From positions 128,001 through 192,000 of the forward strand of contig JBPCLP010000045.1 in the NCBI GenBank assembly GCA_051003195.1: a stretch of 64,000 nucleotides of DNA, in the 5' to 3' direction. The stretch comes from Candidatus Sumerlaeaceae bacterium (lineage in GTDB: Bacteria; Sumerlaeota; Sumerlaeia; Sumerlaeales; Sumerlaeaceae). The notes beneath the pieces are model-generated. The model did not search any database. It worked only from the letters and a program-made list of their open reading frames with translations, and was not told the DNA's origin. Positions 1 through 8,921 of the stretch are shown piece by piece. The position numbers and the translations under genes were made by a program. Positions within the stretch are counted from its first letter, which is position 1, and each line of letters begins with the position of its first letter.

Positions 1-2263
1 GTTCCACCTTCATCGCTTCCGCGGCCCGCTTCACCGCCATGCAACCAAGCACGGTGCCACGGCTGGCCGTGGTCATTCCGCAGGGTGTCGCGCGACTGGT
101 GTCGATCGTGACGCGGAACTTCCGCGGATCGAGTGACGGGATGATTTCGACCGCTGACTGAATCAGGATTGTGAGCAGTCCCTGCCCCATCTCGGTGAAA
201 CCGTTAAAGATAGTAATGGTATAATCGTCATCTGCTTCGTTGGCCGCCGGTAATATCGCAGCAGGCTGGAAGCCTGCTCTACCAACATCCACGCGGATTA
301 CTGCCTGGCCCGCGTCCGGCATTCCGTTTCCGATTCCGACGTTCTTGATGCCGCATGCAATTCCGGCATGCTTTTCAGAGCGATAATAATCCTTCACCGC
401 GAGCAGCGTCTTTTTCAGTCCGACCGGTTTATCGAGCACCTGCCCCGAACAGAAGACGTCGCCGGTGTCCATGGCGTTGCGCCAGCGGATGTCCCAGCCG
501 TCGATGCCGACCTTTTCCGCCAGGCGATCCAGGCAACCCTCGATGGCGAATGCAGCCTGGTTGGCGCCGAATCCGCGCATGGCGCCACATGGTGGATTGT
601 TGGTGTAAACTGCGAGAGCCTCGATGTCCAGATTCGGAATCACGTATGGCCCTGTAGCGTGGCCACCTGCGCGCTCCAGCACCTTTGTGCCTACGCTGGC
701 GTAGGCGCCCTTGTCGCCGATCATGCGTCCGTGCACGGCGAGGATTTTGCCCTCGGCGTCGCAGCCAACCTTGTAGTGCATCTTTATGGCGTGGCGCTTT
801 GGATGCAGGCGCATACTCTCATCACGCGTCAGCGTGATCTTCGCCGGACGCCCGAGCTTCTGCGCAATCAGCGCCGCGTGCGCCTGGATGGAAAGATCTT
901 CCTTGCCGCCAAACGCGCCGCCGTTGCTCACCAGTGTGACAGCAACCTCGTCCTGGTTCATGCCAAGCACCGACGCAATCTGCCGCTGGTCGTCGAACAC
1001 CCCCTGCCCCTGGGTGAGAATGTGAATCTTTGCTGCGGGTGCCGTCTTCGACAATGACGCGGCCCAGCTATCGACTTCAACTGTCTGACCATTACCATTG
1101 CCGTTCCCATTAGACTTCGAACGCTCCCCTGCGCCGACGGGGAAGGCAATGCACGCTTCCGGCTCCAGAAACGCGTGCTCGATGCGCTGGGTCTGGAATG
1201 TGTCCTCCACTATGTGCGCGCACTTTTCAAAAATGGGCTCCACATCCTCGCCGCGCTTGATCGCGGACTTCGAAAGCAAATTGCTTCCGGGGTGCGTGTC
1301 GGGATGCACAATAGCAGCGTCCGGCGTAAGCGCGGCTTCCGGATCCGTCACAGGCTCCAGCACATTATAACTGACGCGCACAAGCTTTGCCGCTTTGCGT
1401 GCTGCGCGTTGTGTTTCCGCGACAACAACCGCAATAATGTCACCAACGCAGTGCGTGACTTCGCCAACCGCGACGAGCTGCGGCCAGTCTTTGTAAATAA
1501 GTCCCTGGTGCCGCTGGCCGGGCACGTGTTCGGCAGTGATCACATCCAAAACCCGCGGCATGTCGAGAGCTGGCTGCACATCCAAACTTGTGATTACTGC
1601 ACGCGGGTGCGCGCTGAAGACCGGCGCTCCGTATACCATACCTGTCAGTTTAATGTCGTCAATGAAGTGGCGATCGCCAAGCACTGCATCCATGCCACTG
1701 TAGCGCGGCAGGCTCGTGCCGACGCGACCACTGTAATCGAATAAGGGTTCAGCCTCGCCGCGCAGTGTCCGCGCGGTCAGGTCAATCGAGTCGACAATTT
1801 TTTTGTAGCCAGTGCAGCGGCACAGGTGCGCCACGAGTCCGCGTTCGATCTCTTCGCGAGTCGGCGACGCGTTCTTGTCGAGAATAGCTTTCGTACGCAA
1901 CGCGATTCCCGGGATACAAAATCCGCACTGCAATCCGCCGGCGCTCACGAAACATGAGGAAATCGTCTCGCGGAGCTTCGGGTCCAGTCCTTCCAGCGTC
2001 GTCACCGTTTTGCCCTGCGTTTTTGCTGCCGAAATTACGCACGATAATGTCGCCTTGCCATCGACCATGACGGTACAGCACCCGCACTGGCCCATGGGTT
2101 GACAGCCATTCTTGGGCGAGACTACATCAAACTCCTCACGCAAAACATCCAGTAGCGTCGCGTCTGCATCTACATTGCGAGCACTGACGTTTTGACCGTT
2201 CAGGTTGAACGAGATTTCATTTTCGGTGGCCTGTTCGGCCGGGGCTGTCGGTGCAGTACTCAT
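1..2263 (-). CDS. Xanthine dehydrogenase-family molybdenum hydroxylase with fused 2x[2Fe-2S] and molybdopterin-binding domains (selenium-dependent XDH-like); runs off the left edge
   Basis: Absent from the ORF track; translated by hand from ATG at 2263: MSTAPT...KNGCQPMGQCGCCTVMVDG...LQCGFCIPG...HLCRCTGY...GGAFGGKE...AMRGFGANQ...TEMGQG. These are the canonical Fe-S and Moco motifs. Confidence 0.9.
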   Translation of the reverse strand, partial: MSTAPTAPAEQATENEISFNLNGQNVSARNVDADATLLDVLREEFDVVSPKNGCQPMGQCGCCTVMVDGKATLSCVISAAKTQGKTVTTLEGLDPKLRETISSCFVSAGGLQCGFCIPGIALRTKAILDKNASPTREEIERGLVAHLCRCTGYKKIVDSIDLTARTLRGEAEPLFDYSGRVGTSLPRYSGMDAVLGDRHFIDDIKLTGMVYGAPVFSAHPRAVITSLDVQPALDMPRVLDVITAEHVPGQRHQGLIYKDWPQLVAVGEVTHCVGDIIAVVVAETQRAARKAAKLVRVSYNVLEPVTDPEAALTPDAAIVHPDTHPGSNLLSKSAIKRGEDVEPIFEKCAHIVEDTFQTQRIEHAFLEPEACIAFPVGAGERSKSNGNGNGNGQTVEVDSWAASLSKTAPAAKIHILTQGQGVFDDQRQIASVLGMNQDEVAVTLVSNGGAFGGKEDLSIQAHAALIAQKLGRPAKITLTRDESMRLHPKRHAIKMHYKVGCDAEGKILAVHGRMIGDKGAYASVGTKVLERAGGHATGPYVIPNLDIEALAVYTNNPPCGAMRGFGANQAAFAIEGCLDRLAEKVGIDGWDIRWRNAMDTGDVFCSGQVLDKPVGLKKTLLAVKDYYRSEKHAGIACGIKNVGIGNGMPDAGQAVIRVDVGRAGFQPAAILPAANEADDDYTITIFNGFTEMGQGLLTILIQSAVEIIPSLDPRKFRVTIDTSRATPCGMTTASRGTVLGCMAVKRAAEAMKVE
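256..283. repeat. GTAG-type REP-like palindrome inside the XDH coding sequence
   Basis: tcgcagcaggctggaagcctgctctacc is identical to 56821-56848; 8-bp stem AGCAGGCT/AGCCTGCT with a 3-nt loop, preceded by GTAG on the minus strand. Confidence 0.75.
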
Positions 2264-2464
2264 CTGTACTTCTTCCGCTTTTGTCGTTGTGTTCTTGAGC
2301 CGCCAGGATTTAAGGGCAAAAGTCTAATTAAAACGGCCCGAGAAGGAAATTCCCCGCGGGCAGGCCGGGGGCTGGCAGCGGGTTGTTGTGGGGTCGCTGG
2401 GCTCGCCCAGCTAAAGCCTGTACTTCGAATGAGCCTGTACTGCGTGTGCCCGGGAATTTAGGGT

Positions 2465-3274
2465 TCAAAACAGGCACGCCTGTTCGAAGCGTTTGCCGTC
2501 CAGCGTTATAAGTGATGACACATCATGCCGCGGCGCAACGTAGAAGGCGGCGTTCTTCTTATGCCTGGTCAGTCGCTGGTGCGTGCCGAGTGCGACAGCC
2601 GGGGAGTTATTCTCCGCTGACAAGTGCGCAAGTAACACAACCTGGAGCCGGTCGCTACAGCACTCGTTTAGAAGCTCGGCGCTTTCACTATTCTCCAGAT
2701 GACCGTGCGGGCTGCGGATTCGCCATTTGAGCTGGGCCGGGTAAGCGACATTAGACTTCAGCATCTGCTCGTCGTAATTGGATTCCATGAAGACGGCGTC
2801 CAGGTTCTCAAGGCATTTGCGCAGTCCCGGAAAACCGTGACCGAGATCCGTGAGGATGCCAACCCGTGTTGCGCCGTCGTCTACAACGAAGGCACAGGGA
2901 TCTGATGCGTCGTGGGGGGTAGGTATGCTGAGGATGGACACATGGCCTATCTTTACCTCCTCGCCCGGCTCAAAGAATTGCACATCGGCGGACCGGACTT
3001 TGCCAAGCCGGTGACCAACGGCTGCATGGGTATGACGCGTGGTAAAAAGCGGCGCCTTGAGTTTGCGCTGATACACTCCCGCCGAGGATACGTGGTCGGA
3101 GTGATCGTGAGAAATAAATATTCCGCGAATTCCCGACTGCGAGATGCCGTATTTGGCGAGGCGCTCGGCAGCTGCGCGCCACGGAATACCCGCATCGAAC
3201 AGCAGCTTAATGTCCTTTGATTGATAGAAGTAGCAATTGCCACTGCTGCCGGATTGGAGGGCGAACGTCTGCAT
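2465..3274 (-). CDS. MBL-fold metallohydrolase (YycJ/WalJ-like)
   Basis: SGSSGN, SHDHSDH, PHDA, TDLG, ESNYD, GHLEN and LAHLS motifs; start codon uncertain (3274 or 3286). Confidence 0.85.
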   Translation of the reverse strand: MQTFALQSGSSGNCYFYQSKDIKLLFDAGIPWRAAAERLAKYGISQSGIRGIFISHDHSDHVSSAGVYQRKLKAPLFTTRHTHAAVGHRLGKVRSADVQFFEPGEEVKIGHVSILSIPTPHDASDPCAFVVDDGATRVGILTDLGHGFPGLRKCLENLDAVFMESNYDEQMLKSNVAYPAQLKWRIRSPHGHLENSESAELLNECCSDRLQVVLLAHLSAENNSPAVALGTHQRLTRHKKNAAFYVAPRHDVSSLITLDGKRFEQACLF

Positions 3275-3370
3275 AAACACCGGCATTGATAATGGGTCGG
3301 GCAAGCCAATGCACGAGAAAAATGTCCCCCGGCGCAAGGATTTTTAAATAGTCAATGGACGCCGGCGATT

Positions 3371-4384
3371 TTAGGCCAGTTGAAGACTGAAGTAAAAATC
3401 CGAACCTTTTCCGACCGCGCTGGATACCCCCACCTCGCCATCAAGTTGTTGTATGATGTGCTTAACAATCGCGAGTCCAAGGCCGCTGCCACGCCGCCCA
3501 CCGGCGCGTGCATCCCGTGATCGGTAAAACCTCTCAAAGACGCGCGTCACTTCCTCCGGAGGAATGCCCTGGCCCTCATCACAAACGTGTGTCCACGCGG
3601 CGCCGTCGCGAACTTCGGTCCATACATCCACGCGGCCATTCGCGCCTCCGTATTTGATCGCGTTATCGAGGAGATTTACCAATACACGTTCAAGGTGCTC
3701 CGGGTTGGCGAGCACCCGCACATCGTCCGTTGGCTCCCGTAATTCCACATGCACATTCTTCAGCTTCGCAAGCGGGGCAGTCGCCGCTACCGCATCGCGC
3801 AGTTCGTCGAACATCGAGAGCGACGACAGCTCAATGCGGGTGTCGGGACTCTCCAGCCGTGACAGGCTCAGCAGGTCCAGCATCAGGTTGTGCAGCCGCT
3901 CGGTATGCTCAAAGATGATAGGAAGGAACTCGCTTACGCGTTCTGGGGTTAGGAACTGCGGGTCCATCAACGTCTCGACGTAGCCGCGAACCGCAGTCAG
4001 AGGCGTCCGCAGCTCATGCGAAACGTTAGCAATAAAATCTTTTCGCATTTGCTCGACGCGGCGGATCTCCGTCTCATCGCGCAGGACAATCAGGAACGAT
4101 TCACTTCCATTGCCTACACGAGAGACCAGCAGGTACTTAGCGCCCGAGTCATCCAGCGGAATACTGATCGAGGATTCGTCGGCTTGTTCCTGCGGTCCAC
4201 TGACAAGTCGAGTCAGCCGCGCCGATACAAGCTCAATGACAGCCGCGCCCATGCCGTTTACAGAATGCTTCCAATCGCGGTTACAAACCTGCCCCCGGGT
4301 TCGCGTGTTGAACAGGCACGCCGGTTCCGGGATTGCATCCATCAGCGCGGAGACAGAAACCCGCTCGTCATGCATTGTCGTCAT
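3371..4384 (-). CDS. Sensor histidine kinase, PhoR/WalK-like, no transmembrane segment
   Basis: FIANVSHELRTPLT H-box; NLLDNAIKY N-box; DEGQGI, FERFYR and GSGLGL G-boxes. Confidence 0.9.
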   Translation of the reverse strand: MTTMHDERVSVSALMDAIPEPACLFNTRTRGQVCNRDWKHSVNGMGAAVIELVSARLTRLVSGPQEQADESSISIPLDDSGAKYLLVSRVGNGSESFLIVLRDETEIRRVEQMRKDFIANVSHELRTPLTAVRGYVETLMDPQFLTPERVSEFLPIIFEHTERLHNLMLDLLSLSRLESPDTRIELSSLSMFDELRDAVAATAPLAKLKNVHVELREPTDDVRVLANPEHLERVLVNLLDNAIKYGGANGRVDVWTEVRDGAAWTHVCDEGQGIPPEEVTRVFERFYRSRDARAGGRRGSGLGLAIVKHIIQQLDGEVGVSSAVGKGSDFYFSLQLA

Positions 4385-5108
4385 CCATGCTCACGACTTC
4401 TGCGCTGGTGCTCTCCCCCGGTGCGCGAACCCACCGATAACCAACGCCGCGAATCGTCTGCAGGTAATCCGCAGCGGGTCCCAGTTTTCGTCTCAACCGC
4501 TTCACATGCGTGTCCACCGTGCGGTCTGTCACGTTCGGTAAGTATCCCCATGCGTTTTGCAGCAGTTGATCGCGCGAAAGCACTTGTCCCTTACAGCGAA
4601 TCAGCTCAGACAGCAACCGCATTTCCGTGACCGTGATCTCCACTTTGTGCCCATTTACAAGGAGCTGGAATTCGTTTTCGTTTAATTCCATGCAGCCAAA
4701 AACCGTATGCGCCGCGTCGACGCGTTCATTCTCATACAGCGCAATCAGTTTCTTGACGCGCAGCATCAGCTCGCGCGGCGAGAATGGCTTCACCACGTAA
4801 TCGTCCGCACCCGACTCAAGCCCCAGCACGCGATCCGCTTCCTCGGCACGCGCGGTTAGCAGGATGACGGGCAGTCGGACTGTCTTCGCCTCTGACCGGA
4901 TTTGCTTCAGGATATCGATTCCATCGGTATCTGGAAGCATGAGGTCGAGAATGAGCAGTGTCGGAGTGCGTTTCGTCAGCAGTTCCATTGCACGCCGGCC
5001 ATCCGGTGCGGTTACTACATCGTAGCCGTTCTGCTCCAGGTGAAATGCGATCAACTTGGATATGGCGGCTTCATCTTCAACGACGAGCACCGTTCGAATT
5101 TTAGCCAT
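4368..5108 (-). CDS. OmpR/PhoB-family response regulator
   Basis: VVEDE, LDLMLP, GADDYVVKPF receiver motifs; DRTVDTHVKRLRRKL and TIRGVGY winged helix; overlaps the kinase start. Confidence 0.92.
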   Translation of the reverse strand: MAKIRTVLVVEDEAAISKLIAFHLEQNGYDVVTAPDGRRAMELLTKRTPTLLILDLMLPDTDGIDILKQIRSEAKTVRLPVILLTARAEEADRVLGLESGADDYVVKPFSPRELMLRVKKLIALYENERVDAAHTVFGCMELNENEFQLLVNGHKVEITVTEMRLLSELIRCKGQVLSRDQLLQNAWGYLPNVTDRTVDTHVKRLRRKLGPAADYLQTIRGVGYRWVRAPGESTSAEVVSMDDDNA

Positions 5109-5186
5109 GGACTCGTACGTTCTGAATGGTGCTAACCTGGCGCATCATCTTTATTACCTTCCGCTTGCAAGGTGTTCCCTCAACTC

Positions 5187-5223
5187 AAAACCGCACCGGT
5201 CCGGCGTCCAGACCAGTGCGGTT
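5187..5223 (-). terminator. Probable intrinsic terminator after the prepilin gene
   Basis: Hairpin aaccgcaccggtc...gaccagtgcggtt followed by T residues on the minus strand. Confidence 0.55.
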
Positions 5224-5241
5224 AGTCTCTAAAGGCGGATT

Positions 5242-5949
5242 CTAGTTTTGCTCGGGCCCGCGTGGGCCACCATTCGCGACGGTTCGATCCCAGTTGCCAC
5301 TCATGAACTGCCCGCCAAAACGGTAGATGTCCCCACCGCTTACCGTTCCATTGGTTGCATCATAGTCGATGTACAGTCCGATCTCCCCGTTTTCGATAAC
5401 AGTGGGCTTAAAGGGAAAACACTTATACCCGATCTTCTCGCGTTTTTTGTCTGCGCCAGGGCTGAGTATCACGTAGGCCAGGGCCTTACCCTTCGCCTCC
5501 ATCGTTTGAAAAGCACCCTGTCCGTCTGCAGCCGTCACTGCGCTATAGGCCCAGGTTCCGGATCCGATGCGATATCCATCTGCCGCGCCACCTGTAATGT
5601 CATTGGAATTAGGCGGGGTGAAAGGATCTTTTAAAAGGCTGCTCAGGTATGCGATTGGTGTTGTGAGTTGTGTCGCACCATTCGCGCGATCTGAATAGTT
5701 CTGGTACTGAGCTACAACAGCGGCCTCGCGATCCATGTCGGAATCATTGTCGCGCGGCAGCGTGTTATGATCCACAGCGTATGTTTCAATAGCGGTGGCA
5801 ATGGTTCGAAGATCACTCTTCACGCGCGCCGCCTTCGCCCGGACCTGGGACTCCAGGAAATTCGGCACCGCGATGGCAGCGAGTATTGCAATGATGGCGA
5901 CTACGATAAGCAGCTCTATAAGCGTGAACCCGCGACGTATTGTCTTCAT
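5242..5949 (-). CDS. Prepilin-type N-terminal cleavage/methylation protein (GspG/type IV pilin-like)
   Basis: MKTIRRG|FTLIELLIVVAIIAILAAIAVPNF; SD AGGAGG upstream of ATG 5949. Confidence 0.9.
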   Translation of the reverse strand: MKTIRRGFTLIELLIVVAIIAILAAIAVPNFLESQVRAKAARVKSDLRTIATAIETYAVDHNTLPRDNDSDMDREAAVVAQYQNYSDRANGATQLTTPIAYLSSLLKDPFTPPNSNDITGGAADGYRIGSGTWAYSAVTAADGQGAFQTMEAKGKALAYVILSPGADKKREKIGYKCFPFKPTVIENGEIGLYIDYDATNGTVSGGDIYRFGGQFMSGNWDRTVANGGPRGPEQN

Positions 5950-6177
5950 GACAGCCTCCTGATTTTTAGTTCGTGCGGAAAAAACGCCTAGCGCGGCCTC
6001 GGGCAAAAAGCCCGTGGCAACTTCGCGGCGTTTCTGTGGCAGTTTAGTGACAGACGTCAGGACGATGGCAGGGCATGCGCACCCTGACTATCAGGAGTAC
6101 TTTCGCACGAAAACGTTCGGTTCTTTTGCTGATCGTGCGGCCTGGTATGCGCACGCAGAAGAAGTTTTAGCAGAGTT

Positions 6178-7146
6178 TTAGAAGTAAGGCGGCGGTGGCG
6201 GCATTGGTCCCATGAACGGCGGTCCGAGCGGGCCGCCAGGTCCCAGTGGCACCTGTGGTATGATTCGCTTCACGTAGCCGTGCCGGTAGAGGACGTTGGA
6301 CGTTGCGCCTGGTCGATCGATTCGTTCGGCACGCACGACGGTTGTTCTGTCATTCCCGCCCACCTTCTTTCCGCGCACGGTGACAGACGCGCCGGTTGTG
6401 GGCACTCGCATTCCGGGCCGAGGTTCGACCAGCACCTCCACCAGCCCTTGCGACGATGAATCCAACATGAGGCGCAGTTTGCCACCGCTGCCATGCACCA
6501 CAGACGTGACTCTGCCGTTGACGGTCAGCGTGTCACCTGTACTGGCGGAGGCGCCCGCACTGCTTTTTGCGCCAGGGCTGTCCGACTCTTCGTCCAGGGG
6601 TACCATCTTCTTTACGCCGACGGACTTGCCTGACGCGGTCGGCACTTCTTCGACAATAACTTTGCTCTTCTCGACAGGCTGCTCCGGTTTATTATCGAGC
6701 GGTTCCGCGGGAATGGCGGCGTCGCTGGCGTCGCTCTTCGTCGCCGCGAGGGTCTTTTTGGCTTTTGCCTGCGCAGCCGGTTTTCCGGGGAGTATTCCAT
6801 TGGCTCGGTCGGCAGCTTCCCGTGCCTTTCGTTCCTTTTCGGCAGCGGTTTCAGTTTTCTTGCTGGTGTCGGCGGTTTTGCGTTCTGCTTGCGTCTTTGC
6901 GACTGCCGCTGCAGCAGCCTTCTTCTGCTCGGCTTTCTTGGCGGCGGTGACAGCATCCTCGACCATTTGCGCGCGCTGCAGATCCGGTATGAAGCCTTTT
7001 ACGACAACGTCCGACGTGCTTGCCGAATCATCGACGGCGGGTTGCGTCTCCAGGGACTGCAATTCAGACACTGTAGTCGCTTCCTGGGCGAAGGCGACTC
7101 CCCCGATAATCAGAATTCCGAACAGAACGCTTCGAAAACTTAACAC
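6178..7146 (-). CDS. Hypothetical exported protein with an Ala/Lys-rich linker, an OB-fold-like domain and a Pro-rich tail
   Basis: Signal-like LFGILIIGGVAFAQE; low-complexity middle; beta-rich TLTVNGRVTSV...VTVRGKKV; start uncertain. Confidence 0.55.
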   Translation of the reverse strand: MLSFRSVLFGILIIGGVAFAQEATTVSELQSLETQPAVDDSASTSDVVVKGFIPDLQRAQMVEDAVTAAKKAEQKKAAAAAVAKTQAERKTADTSKKTETAAEKERKAREAADRANGILPGKPAAQAKAKKTLAATKSDASDAAIPAEPLDNKPEQPVEKSKVIVEEVPTASGKSVGVKKMVPLDEESDSPGAKSSAGASASTGDTLTVNGRVTSVVHGSGGKLRLMLDSSSQGLVEVLVEPRPGMRVPTTGASVTVRGKKVGGNDRTTVVRAERIDRPGATSNVLYRHGYVKRIIPQVPLGPGGPLGPPFMGPMPPPPPYF

Positions 7147-7248
7147 TTGTACGACCTTTTTGAACCAAATTGAGCCTGCTAAGCCGGAACGGTGCGAATG
7201 GCGTGCGCGTATGGACGCGTGGCCGGCAGGCTGAAGGGTTAGACAAAC

Positions 7249-7289
7249 AAAAAGCGCGGTTGGATGCACAAAATGCGACCAACCGCGCT
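7249..7289 (-). terminator. Intrinsic terminator after rpmE
   Basis: Minus strand reads agcgcggttgg...ccaaccgcgc-tttttgtttg. Confidence 0.75.
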
Positions 7290-7308
7290 AAAATCAGAAC
7301 TACGTCGA

Positions 7309-7521
7309 TTACTTCTGGGAGTCGGCCTTTGCAAAACGCTGACGAAACTTCTCGACGCGGCCGGCGGTATCTACGAACTTTTGCTTACCGGTGAAAAACG
7401 GGTGGCAGTTGGCGCAGATTTCAAGGCGCTGCTCCTTCTTAGTCGAGCGAACCTTATAGGCGGCTCCGCATGCGCACGTGATTGTGGCCATTATGTACTT
7501 TGGGTAAACGCCTTTTTTCAT
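7309..7521 (-). CDS. rpmE: 50S ribosomal protein L31, Zn-binding type
   Basis: MKKGVYPKY...CACG...EICANCHPFFTGKQKFVDTAGRVEKF. Confidence 0.97.
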   Translation of the reverse strand: MKKGVYPKYIMATITCACGAAYKVRSTKKEQRLEICANCHPFFTGKQKFVDTAGRVEKFRQRFAKADSQK

Positions 7522-7703
7522 CTTATCTCCTAATGCCGCCGGCGCTGGAGCGGGGTGTCAGGACACCAGACGCGACCGTACGGCGAGCCAGTTTCGCAGT
7601 TGCAGAGGCCGGTCTACCAGCAGCCCGCCCGCTTATTTGAAAGAATCGCAAAGCGCACCCAGGTGCATAAATCGTGCATTTCGCCAGCCGGAATCGTGTG
7701 AGC

Positions 7704-8558
7704 TTATGGGCCGGGTTTATAGGACCTTACAAACTGCACACATGTGGTGATGTCAGGCACATTTGCCAGCCAGTTGTGCTCGTATTCAATTGATAGATTA
7801 CCTTCGAATCCCTGCCCGGTCAGTTCGTCCAGGCATCGGGTGATCTCGCCCACTCCGGTGCCGAAAGGCACACAATCGGAAGAGCCATAATCGCGCTTAT
7901 CCTTGAGATGGCTGCTGATAACCCGCCCTTTGAGTACACGGAGGCAGTAAACCGGGTTTAATCCCGAAGTCAGCCAGTGTCCCGTATCTGCGCAGGCTCC
8001 AATTCTTGGGTCACGATTCTGGACCATCTCCAGCACGTAATGCGGATCCCATACGCGGTAGTCCGGTTTATCCGGGCGCCGGGGATGCTCGTGAATTCCG
8101 ACACGGATGTCGAACTCTTTCACCAGTGGCTCGATAATGTCCAATCTGTCGATGTCTTCGGTCGTGACTCCATAAAGGCCCAGCGCCTTGGCGAAATCGA
8201 AAATCTGACGCCATTCGGTCGCATCGGTCCCGGTGACCACCCCATAATTCACCGCCTTAATACCGTGCTGCTTCAGTTTCTCCTGCACCTTCGCGATGTT
8301 TTCAGGGGAAGCGGAGTGCCCCCAGGTCGTTTGCGGATCGTACTTGCTGAGCTTCTGCCCCGGATAGAATTCAATGACTTTGCCGCCGGCTTCGGCAGTT
8401 TTCTCGATCGCCTCGAACACCGTGAATCGGTTAAAGCTGTACGCCTGGCAACCAATGGCAAAACCGTTTTGCCTGTACTCGGCAGGAATCGCCTCTGCGC
8501 ACGCAGATCCAGCGAATGCGACCACGGCGCCGGTCACTGCGAGTGCCTTCGGGTTCAT
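7704..8558 (-). CDS. Exported sugar-phosphate isomerase/epimerase (xylose-isomerase-like TIM barrel)
   Basis: Signal peptide; IEFYPG, GIHEH, ADTGHW, HLKD and SIEYE motifs; SD GAAGGAG before ATG 8558. Confidence 0.8.
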   Translation of the reverse strand: MNPKALAVTGAVVAFAGSACAEAIPAEYRQNGFAIGCQAYSFNRFTVFEAIEKTAEAGGKVIEFYPGQKLSKYDPQTTWGHSASPENIAKVQEKLKQHGIKAVNYGVVTGTDATEWRQIFDFAKALGLYGVTTEDIDRLDIIEPLVKEFDIRVGIHEHPRRPDKPDYRVWDPHYVLEMVQNRDPRIGACADTGHWLTSGLNPVYCLRVLKGRVISSHLKDKRDYGSSDCVPFGTGVGEITRCLDELTGQGFEGNLSIEYEHNWLANVPDITTCVQFVRSYKPGP

Positions 8559-8921
8559 GGGATCTCCTTCGGTCATCGTTGAAATGAACTGAACTGGGGC
8601 CCAGCTTTCGTTCAATCATATTCGCAATCGAAACACTGTGTTGCCTTTCAGCAGCAGTATTGCAACCGATTCTGGCAATTCATGTCTCAGATCAGCAACC
8701 AGTTTCGGGAGTGAACATGCGCTATGAGCCAGCAGGCCGGAATAAAGGATTCTTCGAGCGCGGTAGCAGGCTCAAGCTCCTGATGCTAATGTGCGCCACC
8801 GCCGTACTACCCGGCCAGGGAGCGCGGCCACAACTGGCCTGGGCGGCAGGAGAGACGGGCGAGCCGCTGCTCATCCTTGCCACGGGAAAAGAGCTCGCGG
8901 CATACAGCGTCGTCGGTGCAA

